Positions 54,001 to 63,597 are shown, counted from the stretch's first letter. The stretch is DNA of 64,000 nt from Desulfobacterales bacterium (GCA_016209225.1 JACQWO010000069.1:4172-68171); one strand, 5' to 3'. Notes: generated from the sequence alone by a model not told the origin. Program-made: numbers and translations.

Positions 54001-54164
54001 GATGCACCCTTCAACCTTGTTGTGATATTTACAATCGGAAAATCAACCTTGGGAAAGAGGTCAACACCGATCTCAGGGTAACTGACCAGGCCAAGAATCA
54101 CCAGAGCAAGAACAAACATGGTTGCAAAGACGGGCCGTCTAATAGATGTATCAGCGAGCCACAT
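51054..54164 (-). CDS. AcrB/AcrD/AcrF-family RND permease (HAE1)
   Basis: SIRRPVFATM, IDDAIIVVEN, VKKNSILLVD, RLRPILMTT. Confidence 0.96.
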   Translation of the reverse strand: MWLADTSIRRPVFATMFVLALVILGLVSYPEIGVDLFPKVDFPIVNITTRLKGASPEIMDIDVTDKIEEVVNTINGVKSITSTSIEGASLVTVEFVLERDIDLAVQDVREKVSVVRQKLPRDIYEPIIEKVDPDSTPVLWFNLAGQRSVRDLSTYADEVLKEQFQRINGVGAIRLGGLRLREVRVWLDANKLQAYQIAANDVLGALQRENVELPGGRIETASKEYTVKIKGEFPNVPDFNDLIVAYYKGAPVRLRDIGRVEDGMQEKRSLVRFNGVPAVGIGVQKQSGSNTIEVINRVKKELSGIIKTLPPGMSLNIAFDQSTFIKRSINEVQKHLILGSLFAIIVVFIFLRNFRTTLITAVALPVSIVSTFAMIKFFGFTFNNMTMLALSLSVGLLIDDAIIVVENIYRHVEEGREPREAASFATSEIGLAVMATTFAIVAIFLPVAFMKGMVGRFFLQFALTVVFSVLVSMLVSFTLTPMMASIFLKRMKSIKGNPTGTPSGFAYIYRMGQWFETGYKKVEGAYRRLLGISLRYRKTVLLLALLMFIFSLYITKFMGKEFIPPEDQGQLIVRLEAPIDYSIDKADDLFKKAEQILRETPEVRTVFYALGFGLTPQINRAVLFVRLKPRAEREKSQEQIKAEVRRKTAQIAGLKATAEDISMIGGGQRMVPIQYSIRGRDLPSLQTYTRQIVAEFSRLPGIVDVDTSLETGKPELKVYIDRDKAADLGVDVATVAQAINILISGELDITKFKDEARGKRYEVRVRLNPEDRKDPDDLARLYVRSRDGRLVELSSVVRIQEGGGPNIINRVDRQRAITVFASLEGKPLGQAMAELDAISAKVLPSDYLPKYKGMAETMGESFRYLLFALILGVVMAYMILASQFESFVHPFTVLLAMPLSFIGAFGALLITGNTLNIFSLIGLILLMGLVKKNSILLVDYTNTLRERGMSRQEAILHACPVRLRPILMTTLAMVFGMMPVAFGIGEGSETRAPMGISVIGGLLTSLFLTLLVVPAAYDLFDDWLTRLVKKREGRAE

Positions 54165-55269
54165 TGACCTTCACCCCCTCCGACAGGTTGTTTTGTCCTA
54201 CAACTACAACCATCTCCTTCTCTTGCAGCCCTTCCACAATTTCCATCAGCTCTCCGTACTTACTGCCAATCTTTACCTCTCTTTCTCTGGCATGGTCGCC
54301 CTCAACAACAAAGACCCTGGTCTTTGAGTCGTCATAGAGGATAGATGTGATGGGGACAACGGTTGTATCCCTCGGTCCGCCGGTATAGATGGTGACATTG
54401 GCAAAGATCCCTGGTTTCAGAAGCCCATCATGATTGGAAACCCTTGCTTCAACCTTAAGGGTCCTGGTCCTTTCCTCAAGACTGGGATAGAGGATGCTCA
54501 CACTTCCTTTAAATTCCTTGTCAGGGAAGGCATTAACCCTAAAGGTCACATCCTGCCCTATACGGAGTTTCCCAACGTCCTTTTCCGTTACCGTAAAATT
54601 GAGCTTGAGAGGATTGTTCTGGATAACCACAAAGAGGTTTGTGCCGTTTTTCATATAATCCCCTGCTGAAACCCTCTTCTCTTTTATGATACCATGTATG
54701 GGTGAGTGGATACCCGTTTTGGAAAGCCTTTCTTTAGAAAGAGCACGGATTGTCTTTGCCCGTTCCACCTCCGCCATGGCAAGAGACAGTCGGGTGGAGA
54801 CATCATCGAACTGTTGTTTTGTGACCAGTTCTTCCCTGTAAAGGGCATTCTTTCGTTCATACTCCAATCTCGTATTTTCAAGGGTCGCTTCTGCCTGTTT
54901 CAAAGCGATCTCTGTCCTCTTCACTTCGAGGCTGTAATTCGTATCGTCAATTGTCGCAAGAAGCATCCCCTTTGAAACTACTGTTCCTTCATCCACCCTG
55001 ACACTTCTCAAAACCCCTTCAATCTCACTGCTTACCACGACCTCCTCACCAGGCATCAGTGTACCGATGCTTTCTAGGAAGGGTCTGAAAGACCTTTTCT
55101 CAACAGCCTGAACCCGTACATTGATAGCCTTTCCCCGAGTTGCTTCTACCTTTTTGTTCTTACAGGCAGGGCAAATGAAGATAAGGGATAGGAGAAACAA
55201 CAAAAGGATAACCTGACCTGATCTCTGACCTTTCATGTAATCCTTACCAACGTAGTATTCCATAAACAT
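54151..55269 (-). CDS. RND periplasmic adaptor (MFP); alternative start 55236
   Basis: SSEIEGVL, IHSPIHG, LKPGIFA, VVPITSI. Confidence 0.9.
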   Translation of the reverse strand: MFMEYYVGKDYMKGQRSGQVILLLFLLSLIFICPACKNKKVEATRGKAINVRVQAVEKRSFRPFLESIGTLMPGEEVVVSSEIEGVLRSVRVDEGTVVSKGMLLATIDDTNYSLEVKRTEIALKQAEATLENTRLEYERKNALYREELVTKQQFDDVSTRLSLAMAEVERAKTIRALSKERLSKTGIHSPIHGIIKEKRVSAGDYMKNGTNLFVVIQNNPLKLNFTVTEKDVGKLRIGQDVTFRVNAFPDKEFKGSVSILYPSLEERTRTLKVEARVSNHDGLLKPGIFANVTIYTGGPRDTTVVPITSILYDDSKTRVFVVEGDHAREREVKIGSKYGELMEIVEGLQEKEMVVVVGQNNLSEGVKVNVAR

Positions 55270-55273
55270 AAAT

Positions 55274-56647
55274 TCACTCCCTCTTACTTTTTTTTGCATC
55301 CTGGCTGTTAACTGCAGCCTGTTTGCCTGTGACCCTTTTCAGCAGTCTCCCTGTTACCCGTTCAAGCCTCAGAATGGACAACTTATAGTTATATACAGCA
55401 TCTACAAGCTGACGCTCTGCTGTAACAAGCAATGTATTTGCATCCATGACATCTATACTGTTTGCCAGGCCAAATTCAAACTGTCTTGAAATGGCACTGT
55501 AGTTATCCCTGGCGAATGCCAGCCTATCTTCAAGAGATTTCAAAACCCCTTTCTGTGTCATATAGTCAAGGTAGGCATTTTCAACCTCTACATTTATTCT
55601 CTTCCTCATGTCTTCATATATAAGATCAGCCTGTCTCTGTTTTGCCATTGCCTCCATTACCTCTGCCCTCCGGAGACCTCCCTCAAAAAATGGGAAGTTC
55701 AGCTTAATGCCCGCATAGATGGTTTCCTTATTAAGAGAGGCGGTCGCAGGGTCTTCATCTCTACCTGCATAAACACCCTCGATGGAAAGTGTAGGCCAGT
55801 AGAGGCCGCGCGTGTATTTAACCTGATCCCCTGCAATCTTTTTCTGTATATCCAAAGACTTAAATTCAGCCCTTCCCGAGAGGGCTGCTTCCTTGAACAG
55901 CCCCAGGGCATCATCGGGCTTGTAGTCTGACGGGTACTGATTACCCTCGGACACCTCTTTGAGATTATAATCTCCTGTCAACCCGACTATCCTTGCAAGG
56001 ACTGCCTTTATAAAACTCAGATTGTTTTCTGCCCTAACCAGTTCTGATTGAGCCCCTGATAATTCAGCCTCTGCCCTCAGAAGAACGGTCTTTGTCACTT
56101 CACCCACTCTGACTCTTATGGCGGCGGCATCCCTATACTTTGTAAGCCTCTCAACATTTGCCTTTGCAATATCCACAGCCTTCTTCACCCTAAGGACATC
56201 GTAATAACCAGAGGAAACACCGAAAAGATATTCTTCCCTCACTGCATAGAGGTCATATTTGCTCTTTTCAATAGTATCTTTCGATATTTTAAAAGCATCA
56301 AACTCCCTGCCGCTTACCGAGAGGGATTGGTCGAGCCTTAACCCCCAGGATGTGGAATAATCAGGCTGAATAAGGGCACCTGTTGATCCCCGTTTATCCT
56401 CGCTGTATCCCGTAAAATTTCCGAAAGCGGAGAGTCGGGGGAAGAGCACAGAGACCGCCTTGTCTTTCGTTCTTTCTGAAATATACAGGTCTTCCTCTGA
56501 CAGCTTTATCCTTTCAGCGCGTTCAAGGGCAATCTTATAGAGGTCGGCAAGCGAATATTCCTCCGCTGCATAAAGACTCTTGAATATTGTAAGAGTCATC
56601 AATACCATTGTAATACATCCAACTATGATAAACCTGGGTTTCATCAT
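55274..56647 (-). CDS. TolC-family outer-membrane factor
   Basis: Signal peptide; FPRLS, YWPTLS, FPFFEGG repeats. Confidence 0.9.
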   Translation of the reverse strand: MMKPRFIIVGCITMVLMTLTIFKSLYAAEEYSLADLYKIALERAERIKLSEEDLYISERTKDKAVSVLFPRLSAFGNFTGYSEDKRGSTGALIQPDYSTSWGLRLDQSLSVSGREFDAFKISKDTIEKSKYDLYAVREEYLFGVSSGYYDVLRVKKAVDIAKANVERLTKYRDAAAIRVRVGEVTKTVLLRAEAELSGAQSELVRAENNLSFIKAVLARIVGLTGDYNLKEVSEGNQYPSDYKPDDALGLFKEAALSGRAEFKSLDIQKKIAGDQVKYTRGLYWPTLSIEGVYAGRDEDPATASLNKETIYAGIKLNFPFFEGGLRRAEVMEAMAKQRQADLIYEDMRKRINVEVENAYLDYMTQKGVLKSLEDRLAFARDNYSAISRQFEFGLANSIDVMDANTLLVTAERQLVDAVYNYKLSILRLERVTGRLLKRVTGKQAAVNSQDAKKSKRE

Positions 56648-56710
56648 GTTAGCTCACTCCTTGTAAGATGGATAGGAAAAATAAAAAGTCATCGGCAAAA
56701 ACCCTGGGCA

Positions 56711-57940
56711 TTATTCATACCTCAACGCATCTATAGGATCAAGAAGTGATGCCTTGTATGCAGGATAAAATCCGAAAAACACCCCTACCAATCCAGAAAA
56801 ACCAAATGAGAGGAGAATGGCAACGGGTGATACTGTTGTAGACCAATCCGTAAGTATGGTCAGTCCCTTTGAACCGGATATTCCAAGAACAATTCCAGCT
56901 ATTCCACCGATTAATGATAATGTAACCGCCTCGACTATGAACTGCAGCCTTATATCCCATGTCTTTGCACCAACAGCCATTCGTATCCCTATTTCCCTTG
57001 TCCTTTCTGTAACCGAGACAAGCATTATGTTCATAATCCCTATTCCTCCTACCAGAAGAGAGATGGAGGCTATAGCTCCGAGCAATAGGGTCATTACCTT
57101 TGCAGACTGTTCTGCTGTCTCCATAATCTGGGTGAGATTTCTAACGGTGAAATCGCTCTCCTGTTTCTGACCGATGTGATGTCTCTGTCTTAACAGATCA
57201 TTTATCTGTTTCTCTGCCGGTGCAAGGGCTTCACTGCTCTTTGCCTTCACCATTATTATCCTCACCATCCCGGGAAATGGGGTTCCGAAGAGCTTTTTCT
57301 GTGCGGTTGTCACAGGAACATAAATGCTATCATCCTGGTCCTGACCATGTGGAGACTGACCTTTTATTGCAAGAACACCAATAACTATAAAAGGGACCTT
57401 TTTGATCCTGACAACCTGACCAATTGGGTCAGTATCTCCAAAAAGTCCATCCACCACGGTCTGCCCCAATAAACACACCTTTGTAGCACTCCTGACATCC
57501 CGGTCCGTAAATGACCTACCCGAAGCAAGCGGCCAGTCCCTGACAATAAGCATACTTGGGGTTGTCCCTGTTATACCTGTTGACCAATTCTGGTGTCCAT
57601 AAACGACCTGTGCGACCCCGCTGAGAACCGGGGCAACATCCGAGACAGCATTGCATTCCTTCTGTATTGCATCTGCATCACCAATAGTTAGAGTGGATTG
57701 AGTACCTGCTCCCATTCTAACCCCCCCTGATGTGGTAGCTCCGGGAAGAACCATGATAAGATTACTACCTATACTCGAAATCTGCTCAGATATCTTCCGG
57801 CTTGCACCTGTACCCACAGCAAGCATAGTAATAACGGCAGCCACACCAATAATAATTCCTAACATTGTAAGGGCAGAACGCATCTTGTTCACTTTTAATG
57901 CCCTGAAGGATATCCTAAATGTTGAAGGTATGTTAATCAT
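56711..57940 (-). CDS. MacB-type ABC transporter permease
   Basis: RSALTMLGIIIGV, GGIGIMNIMLVSVTERTREIGIRMAVGA, DPIDALRYE. Confidence 0.95.
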   Translation of the reverse strand: MINIPSTFRISFRALKVNKMRSALTMLGIIIGVAAVITMLAVGTGASRKISEQISSIGSNLIMVLPGATTSGGVRMGAGTQSTLTIGDADAIQKECNAVSDVAPVLSGVAQVVYGHQNWSTGITGTTPSMLIVRDWPLASGRSFTDRDVRSATKVCLLGQTVVDGLFGDTDPIGQVVRIKKVPFIVIGVLAIKGQSPHGQDQDDSIYVPVTTAQKKLFGTPFPGMVRIIMVKAKSSEALAPAEKQINDLLRQRHHIGQKQESDFTVRNLTQIMETAEQSAKVMTLLLGAIASISLLVGGIGIMNIMLVSVTERTREIGIRMAVGAKTWDIRLQFIVEAVTLSLIGGIAGIVLGISGSKGLTILTDWSTTVSPVAILLSFGFSGLVGVFFGFYPAYKASLLDPIDALRYE

Positions 57941-57944
57941 AGTA

Positions 57945-58055
57945 GTTCACCGTTTTCCGTTCACTGTTATCCGTTCACCGTTTTCCGTTCACCGATACCT
58001 GTCTTAATGGGCACAAGCGAAGAATTGAACACAGATAACGGCCAACGGATAACAG
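57945..58055. repeat. Inverted heptamer/14-mer arrays between the MacB ATPase and permease genes
   Basis: GTTCACCGTTTTCC x3.5 (57945-57994); AACGGATAACAG (58044-58055) is the reverse complement of CTGTTATCCGTT. Confidence 0.75.
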
Positions 58056-58739
58056 TTATCTTATCTCATCGCTTATAACACATCCATCCAGGAATTTTAT
58101 TATCCGCCTGCTGTACGCTGCGATATTATCCTCATGGGTTACAAGTATTATTGTAATGTTTGATTGGGTATTCAGTTCCACCAATATCTTCATTATTTCG
58201 ACACTCGTCTTTGTGTCGAGATTGCCCGTCGGTTCGTCTGCAAATATTATGGGGGCGTTATTTACCAATGCCCTCGCTATTGCGACCCTTTGCTGTTGTC
58301 CGCCTGAAAGCTGATTAGGATGATGGTCCCCCCTATCTTCCAGGCCTACTTTTTTGAGGGCTTCTAACGCCTTCTCTTTCCTCTCCTTTGCAGATATGCC
58401 GTCATAGAGCATTGGGAGTTCAACATTTTCCAATGCAGATGTCCTCGGAAGCAGGTTGAATCCCTGAAAAACAAAACCTATTTTTTTGTTCCTTATGGCC
58501 GCCAGTTTGTCTCTGTTAAGATCGCTGATATCGATATTTTCTAAAAAATACTTGCCGCTTGTCGGTTTATCAAGACATCCCAGAATATTCATAAAAGTTG
58601 ATTTACCGGACCCCGACGGTCCCATTATTGCGACAAATTCATCTTTTTCTATTGCTAATGACACACCTATGAGTGCATTCACATCTATATCACCAAGACT
58701 GTAGACTTTCGTGATTTCCTGCGCCTCGATAATTGCCAT
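58056..58739 (-). CDS. MacB/LolD-type ABC ATP-binding protein
   Basis: [30 protein letters not shown]. Confidence 0.96.
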   Translation of the reverse strand: MAIIEAQEITKVYSLGDIDVNALIGVSLAIEKDEFVAIMGPSGSGKSTFMNILGCLDKPTSGKYFLENIDISDLNRDKLAAIRNKKIGFVFQGFNLLPRTSALENVELPMLYDGISAKERKEKALEALKKVGLEDRGDHHPNQLSGGQQQRVAIARALVNNAPIIFADEPTGNLDTKTSVEIMKILVELNTQSNITIILVTHEDNIAAYSRRIIKFLDGCVISDEIR

Positions 58740-58740
58740 A

Positions 58741-59895
58741 TTAGAACATCCTTGGACTTAAACGGCTTGGTTCCTTTGACTTTGCGAGAGATTCAACTAT
58801 CAGTTCCTGCCCTTCACTGGTCTTTCCTGCGACGAGTTCCGTATAGTTTCCGTCACTTATTCCCAAAGAAACCGGAATACGCTTTGGTTTATTCTCTTCA
58901 AGTATCCATACACCGGGGCCTTTCTTTTCTGATACCGGCATACCTTTTCCCGAGGGTTTAAACCGCAAGGCAGCATTAGGGATCTTTAACACATCTTTTT
59001 TTATTGATACGATTATGGATACATTGGCAGTCATTCCGGGTTTAAGCTTAAACTCAGGATTACTTACTTTAACCACTACATCATAGGTTACAACATTCTG
59101 AACTGTTATCGGAGCGTTCCTTACCTGCCATATCCTTCCCTTAAAAGTAATGTCTGGATAGGCATCTACAGTAAATTGAACATCCTGTCCGACTTTTAGA
59201 TTCCCTATATCCGCCTCATCCACACTCGTATCAATCTGCATTTTTGTAAGGTCCTGTGCAATGCTAAACAGTGTCGGTGTCTGAAAGCTCGCAGCAACAG
59301 TCTGCCCAGCGTCCACATTCCTCGACACGACAATACCATCTACAGGGGATACTATTTTAGTATAATGAAGGTTTGTCTCTGCAAGGCTTAAGGCTGCCTC
59401 TGTCTGGGCGACCTGAGATTTTGCTACGCTTACCGAGGCGTTTGCAGTTTCATAATTTGTTTCTGCCGTATCGAGATCACTCCTCGCAATAAGATTTTTT
59501 GAGAACAACTCCTTGCTCCTGTCCATTGCCCTCTTTGCATCAACAAGTGTTGCCCCGGCTTTCTCCAGATTTGCTTTAGCCGAAAGGAAATTTGCCTTTG
59601 CCTGATTCACCTGTGCATCAAATAGAGCCGGGTCTATCCGGGCTATAACCTGCCCTTTTTTAACAAGAGAATTAAAATCCACATATAATTCTTTTATCGT
59701 GCCTGATACCTGTGTGCCCACAAGGACCGTAGTCACAGGGTTTACTGTACCTGTGGCGCTAACCGCCATTTCTATATCGCCTCTGATAATCTTATCAGTT
59801 CCAAATTTCGGTTCATTTCCTCTGTCTCTGAATAAAACAAATCCAGCAATAACAATGACAATAATTATTCCGCTGATAATGATTATTTTTTTCAT
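58741..59895 (-). CDS. MacA-type periplasmic adaptor
   Basis: VGTQVSG, GQTVAASFQTPTLF, VDEADIG, QNVVTY, LKPGMTANV. Confidence 0.93.
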   Translation of the reverse strand: MKKIIIISGIIIVIVIAGFVLFRDRGNEPKFGTDKIIRGDIEMAVSATGTVNPVTTVLVGTQVSGTIKELYVDFNSLVKKGQVIARIDPALFDAQVNQAKANFLSAKANLEKAGATLVDAKRAMDRSKELFSKNLIARSDLDTAETNYETANASVSVAKSQVAQTEAALSLAETNLHYTKIVSPVDGIVVSRNVDAGQTVAASFQTPTLFSIAQDLTKMQIDTSVDEADIGNLKVGQDVQFTVDAYPDITFKGRIWQVRNAPITVQNVVTYDVVVKVSNPEFKLKPGMTANVSIIVSIKKDVLKIPNAALRFKPSGKGMPVSEKKGPGVWILEENKPKRIPVSLGISDGNYTELVAGKTSEGQELIVESLAKSKEPSRLSPRMF

Positions 59896-61193
59896 CGTAT
59901 CCCCACCGCCTTCTCAATACTGGCCTGTGCAATCCTGTAATCATAAAGTGCCTGTATATAGGTTGTCTTTGAATTGATTAATGACACTTCTGCATCCGTT
60001 ACCTCAATGGGATTCCCTACACCTGCGGCATACCTGCCATTCGCAAGCTCAAGGTTTTCCTCTGCCTGTCTTACAGTCATTTCAGCAGTAAAAATCCTTT
60101 CACTTGCCTCCTGCAGATTCAGGTATGCCTGCTGAACCTCAAGCAGTATCCCCTGCCTTAATGCCTCTTCATTTGCCTTCAGAAGATTAAGGTTTGCTAT
60201 CGCCTCCTCTACCTGGTATCCGGTTGAGAACCCACTAAATAATGGAAATGTGACGGTCATGCCAACATTCCAGATGTCCTCCAGGGGAAATCTTTCACCA
60301 ACCCGGCCGTAAGCTGCATTTCCTGATAGAGTAGGATAATAGTCCTTCTTTGACATCTCTATCGATGCCTCTGCTGCCTTTTTCTTTATGAGGATTGATG
60401 TAAGGTCGGCCCTCTGACGATATGCCCTTTTCAGCATATCTTCAAATGTAATATCGTATCTAACAAAAGTAAGATTATCCACCAGACTGTATTCAGGGGC
60501 ATCAGTCACCCCCATTGCGTTGCTAAGGATTACCCTTGCTACCCTGATGGCATTTTCAGCCTTTATCAGATTCAGTTTTGCATTACTCAAATCCACTTCT
60601 GCCTTCGTAACATCAAATTTTGGTTTTGTGCCGACCTCATAAAATCCCTTTGCCTGTTCCAGGTGTTTTTTGAATTGCCTGACAGCTTCCTCAGCAACAT
60701 CCCTGTTCCTCTTCGACTGCAATAATCTGTAGTATCCCTGCTTAACATTAAAGACTACCTGATCTGATACGTTCTCAAGGTCTACTCGGGAAGAATCCAG
60801 GTTCAGCCTTTGAATATCCACCCGTGTAGCGGTTTTACCAAAATCATAGATATTCTGCGTGAGGCTAACTCCGCTTGAATATTCATCGGATGAACGGCTG
60901 CTGGCGCTGGAAAAGGGAGAGGATTTACTGTAACCTGATGACAAATCTATCTGTGGATAATAATTCGCCTTTGCCTGCCCTACCCTGCTTTGATTTATAT
61001 TCACTGCCTTCATTGCAGCAATAATGTTCGGCTGCTTTTTCAGCGCTATCTCTACGCATCTCTCCAGCTTAAGAACCTCATCCTTTTTTATAATCCCCTC
61101 TGCCCCCACTCTAAAAGGAACAAAAAAAAAGAATACCAGCAAAACCAAAGAAAAGATTCTGGAGGACAGTTGTCTGACAGATAAGGCTCTCAT
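59892..61193 (-). CDS. TolC-family outer-membrane factor
   Basis: Signal peptide; YYPQI, IYDFG, YYPTLS, FPLFSG. Confidence 0.9.
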   Translation of the reverse strand: MRALSVRQLSSRIFSLVLLVFFFFVPFRVGAEGIIKKDEVLKLERCVEIALKKQPNIIAAMKAVNINQSRVGQAKANYYPQIDLSSGYSKSSPFSSASSRSSDEYSSGVSLTQNIYDFGKTATRVDIQRLNLDSSRVDLENVSDQVVFNVKQGYYRLLQSKRNRDVAEEAVRQFKKHLEQAKGFYEVGTKPKFDVTKAEVDLSNAKLNLIKAENAIRVARVILSNAMGVTDAPEYSLVDNLTFVRYDITFEDMLKRAYRQRADLTSILIKKKAAEASIEMSKKDYYPTLSGNAAYGRVGERFPLEDIWNVGMTVTFPLFSGFSTGYQVEEAIANLNLLKANEEALRQGILLEVQQAYLNLQEASERIFTAEMTVRQAEENLELANGRYAAGVGNPIEVTDAEVSLINSKTTYIQALYDYRIAQASIEKAVGIR

Positions 61194-61208
61194 AGGACAT
61201 CATCCCCT

Positions 61209-62252
61209 TTATAAACCTGAACCCTCTTCAAACAAGGGTCTCATCTCTTTACATACATCTTCTGGTCTCATAAACATGAAACACCAGTCATGGAGGATCC
61301 TTCCTATGCTTGCATCAGCCGCCTGAACAGGAGAATAAAGGAATCTCGGTACAAATCTGGCATAAGTCGGCAAATAATCCCTTGTCTTTTCATTACAAGA
61401 GTAAAGGTTCAGGTTAAAACTGTACAGGTTCTTTCTATCACAGTAATTGAAAACCCTTATAAGTCCTTCTGAAAAATCGTTAAGCTCTTTTGAAGAAAGT
61501 TCCATGATTGTCCCTGTTCCATGAAAAACAGCAATGATCTCAAAGAGCCAGCTTCGCGATACAAAATTGACAATCCATGAAACATCCCCCGTCTCTCCCA
61601 GATATCGCAGTCCCAATTCCTTCTCTTTCTTTACGAGGTCATTAAAGTATACCCCGCCATATCGTTCGTGATAATCCCTGGAAGCATTTATCACCTTTTC
61701 TTCCAGGGGAGTTGGATAATTCTGTCCCATAATTTGGAGGTGGGGATGCACCTGACTTCCCCCCGACGGTGGCATGTAATTCCAACCAACAGACCAAGAA
61801 TTCAGTTCATCACCCATTTCCCTTATCCTGGACATATAGCGCTGAGAAAGGCGCAGTGCATTCGCGAGCATCACGGGATGGAATTCTTTCATGCCAACGA
61901 AATGATTTGAGGAGACCACGACAAGGGGATTGTGAAGGGTCCATGGAAAGATATTGGGGATCAGCCATGCCTCTCCCTGATTAATCCTGCCTTCAGGGAA
62001 AATACCTGGCAAAAATTTCGGGGTGAACTTATCAACCAGTTCCGGACAGAATGGACAAGGTCTTTCCAGTGACTTTTCGATTATCGGATTCAGATCAGTC
62101 CCTTCTGATGGAGAGAGAGCAAAATGAGATAAATCACAACGCTCCCCCAACAGGGGATCGTACCTGATCTCCATCTCAATCCTATCTTCCCTGAACTCTT
62201 TTAGCGGGTTAAGGATAGTAGAAGCCACAGAAATCGATTTGAATTCAATCAT
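61209..62252 (-). CDS. GalT-like (HIT superfamily) nucleotidylyltransferase
   Basis: EIRYDPL, CPFCP, PNIFP, NYMPPSGGSQVHPHLQ (HxHxQ). Confidence 0.8.
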   Translation of the reverse strand: MIEFKSISVASTILNPLKEFREDRIEMEIRYDPLLGERCDLSHFALSPSEGTDLNPIIEKSLERPCPFCPELVDKFTPKFLPGIFPEGRINQGEAWLIPNIFPWTLHNPLVVVSSNHFVGMKEFHPVMLANALRLSQRYMSRIREMGDELNSWSVGWNYMPPSGGSQVHPHLQIMGQNYPTPLEEKVINASRDYHERYGGVYFNDLVKKEKELGLRYLGETGDVSWIVNFVSRSWLFEIIAVFHGTGTIMELSSKELNDFSEGLIRVFNYCDRKNLYSFNLNLYSCNEKTRDYLPTYARFVPRFLYSPVQAADASIGRILHDWCFMFMRPEDVCKEMRPLFEEGSGL

Positions 62253-62878
62253 ACCTCCTCCTTTATAACCTCCCCAGCGCCTCGCAAGAAGAGGTCCATG
62301 ATTATCACTGATTTGGAAACCAGAGTACCTTTCTGTGGATTAATGATCCATTGAAAGACGAAAGAATTTATTATACCCAACAATGCCCAGGCCATTTCCC
62401 TTGCATCCAAATCTTTGAGCTTGGATTGTCTTATACCCTTAAGCATTACATCAGCCACAAGGTCGATATATGAGAGATATCTTTGGCGGAGAACTTCTCC
62501 AAAATCTTCATTTACCGTAGCCTCCAGAGACCCTCTTTCTTTGATGAATATCGCAAAGAAGTCCCTGTTATCCTGAAAAAAGGAGAGCTGGGTTTTAATC
62601 AGACCTTCAACCTTTTTAAGGCTATCTCTGAATCTGGAAACATTGTTTCCTATGCTAGAATAAAGAAGTCCGAGTTTTTCGATGACCATAGTATAATAAA
62701 GGTCTTCCTTGTTCTTGAAAAATTGGTATAGCGTTCCAATAGCGAATTCCGATTCCTGAGCAATTTCCGCCATGGTAGTATTGTGGAATCCCTTGCTCGC
62801 AAATAACCTCTCTGCTGCGTCCAGGATATCAGATCTCCTTGCCTGGTACTCCCTTTCTTTCCTGCTCTTCCGTTGCAA
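62249..62878 (-). CDS. TetR/AcrR-family transcriptional regulator
   Basis: ILDAAERLFASKGFHNTTMAEIA...GTLYQFFKNKEDL HTH; ATGA overlap with the GalT-like gene. Confidence 0.95.
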   Translation of the reverse strand: MQRKSRKEREYQARRSDILDAAERLFASKGFHNTTMAEIAQESEFAIGTLYQFFKNKEDLYYTMVIEKLGLLYSSIGNNVSRFRDSLKKVEGLIKTQLSFFQDNRDFFAIFIKERGSLEATVNEDFGEVLRQRYLSYIDLVADVMLKGIRQSKLKDLDAREMAWALLGIINSFVFQWIINPQKGTLVSKSVIIMDLFLRGAGEVIKEEV

Positions 62879-62975
62879 TGAAATTACCTCTTTGCAATAT
62901 GTATGCTAAAATCTGAATTAACATTCGTATAATATCAGTATCATTATGTCAAGATTTTTTTCTTTTCTGCAATCT

Positions 62976-63177
62976 AAACTTAAAAGTGAACACCTAAAAT
63001 GTTGTAGCCTTGGACCAAAAACGGGGGTTCAAGGCTATGGTTCAAGTACACAAAAAATTTACTGATGATCAGGTTCAAAAAAACCGTCTCTGAGATTAGG
63101 TTCTGGCATTGTAATAACCTGATTGATGTCCAAAAAGTGAAAATTAATGCTGCCCAGGGTGTTCGGTTTTGAAGTTT
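62976..63177 (+). mobile_element. Internally deleted IS remnant with both terminal inverted repeats
   Basis: AAACTTAAAAGTGAACACC (62976-62994) vs GGTGTTCGGTTTTGAAGTTT (63158-63177); ORF start MVQVHKKFTDDQV (ATG 63037) joined out of frame to SEIRFWH..LIDVQKVK..GVRF*, which ends in the right IR. Confidence 0.6.
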
Positions 63178-63294
63178 GATGGCTTCGTAAAAAGTCCATC
63201 TGCGGCGTTGCACTGCATCCTTCGTCGTTGCGGCGTACCCCTAAGTACGCCTCACTCCTCAGGATTTGCGCGCCTTGCATCTGGAGCTTTTTAC
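63178..63294. repeat. Intergenic palindromic repeat (MITE-like)
   Basis: GTAAAAAGTCCA...TGGAGCTTTTTAC ends, inner GGCGTAC/GTACGCC hairpin; resembles a dispersed deltaproteobacterial repeat (from memory). Confidence 0.6.
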
Positions 63295-63370
63295 TTTAGC
63301 CAATTTAGAAATGGGCAAAGGGGCCACATTATGCAATTGATTTTTTTGACTTTATACCCTATATTAAATA

Positions 63371-63597
63371 GTAACTACTCAGAAGCCAGAATAAAAAGGA
63401 AACCCACTAAAGATTTTCAGGGCTTGATTGTATGGCGAAAGGTCCATATTTAGTTCTACGTATCATCTTAGCGATAGTTTTCCACTGCTTCTATTCTAGA
63501 TTCTGGCTACTGGCTCCTCCTAAGAAACTTGAAGCGCAAATTTCTTTCATTTATAACCCTAATGCAAAGCATTGGGGTCATTTGCTGAGTTAGTTAC
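63371..63597. mobile_element. Longer copy of the GTAACTACTCAG element with 8-bp target duplication
   Basis: GTAACTACTCAG / CTGAGTTAGTTAC; flanks ATTAAATA and AATAAATA (7/8); AGCCAGAAT/ATTCTGGCT inverted arms. Confidence 0.65.

Noticed and set aside
58031-58060. CAGATAAC...GTTATC as a second attC core
   Set aside because: Part of a heptamer array next to the ATPase stop codon, too short, with no inner arms or cassette context.
62911-62952. TetR operator and sigma70 promoter upstream of tetR
   Set aside because: TTGACA is present on the minus strand, but there is no good -10 at 16-18 bp spacing and the palindromes are weak; not reported as a feature.
62980-63453. ORFs 62980..63213, 63059..63280 and 63169..63453
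   Set aside because: They are translations across the repeat elements, with no RBS or domain support.
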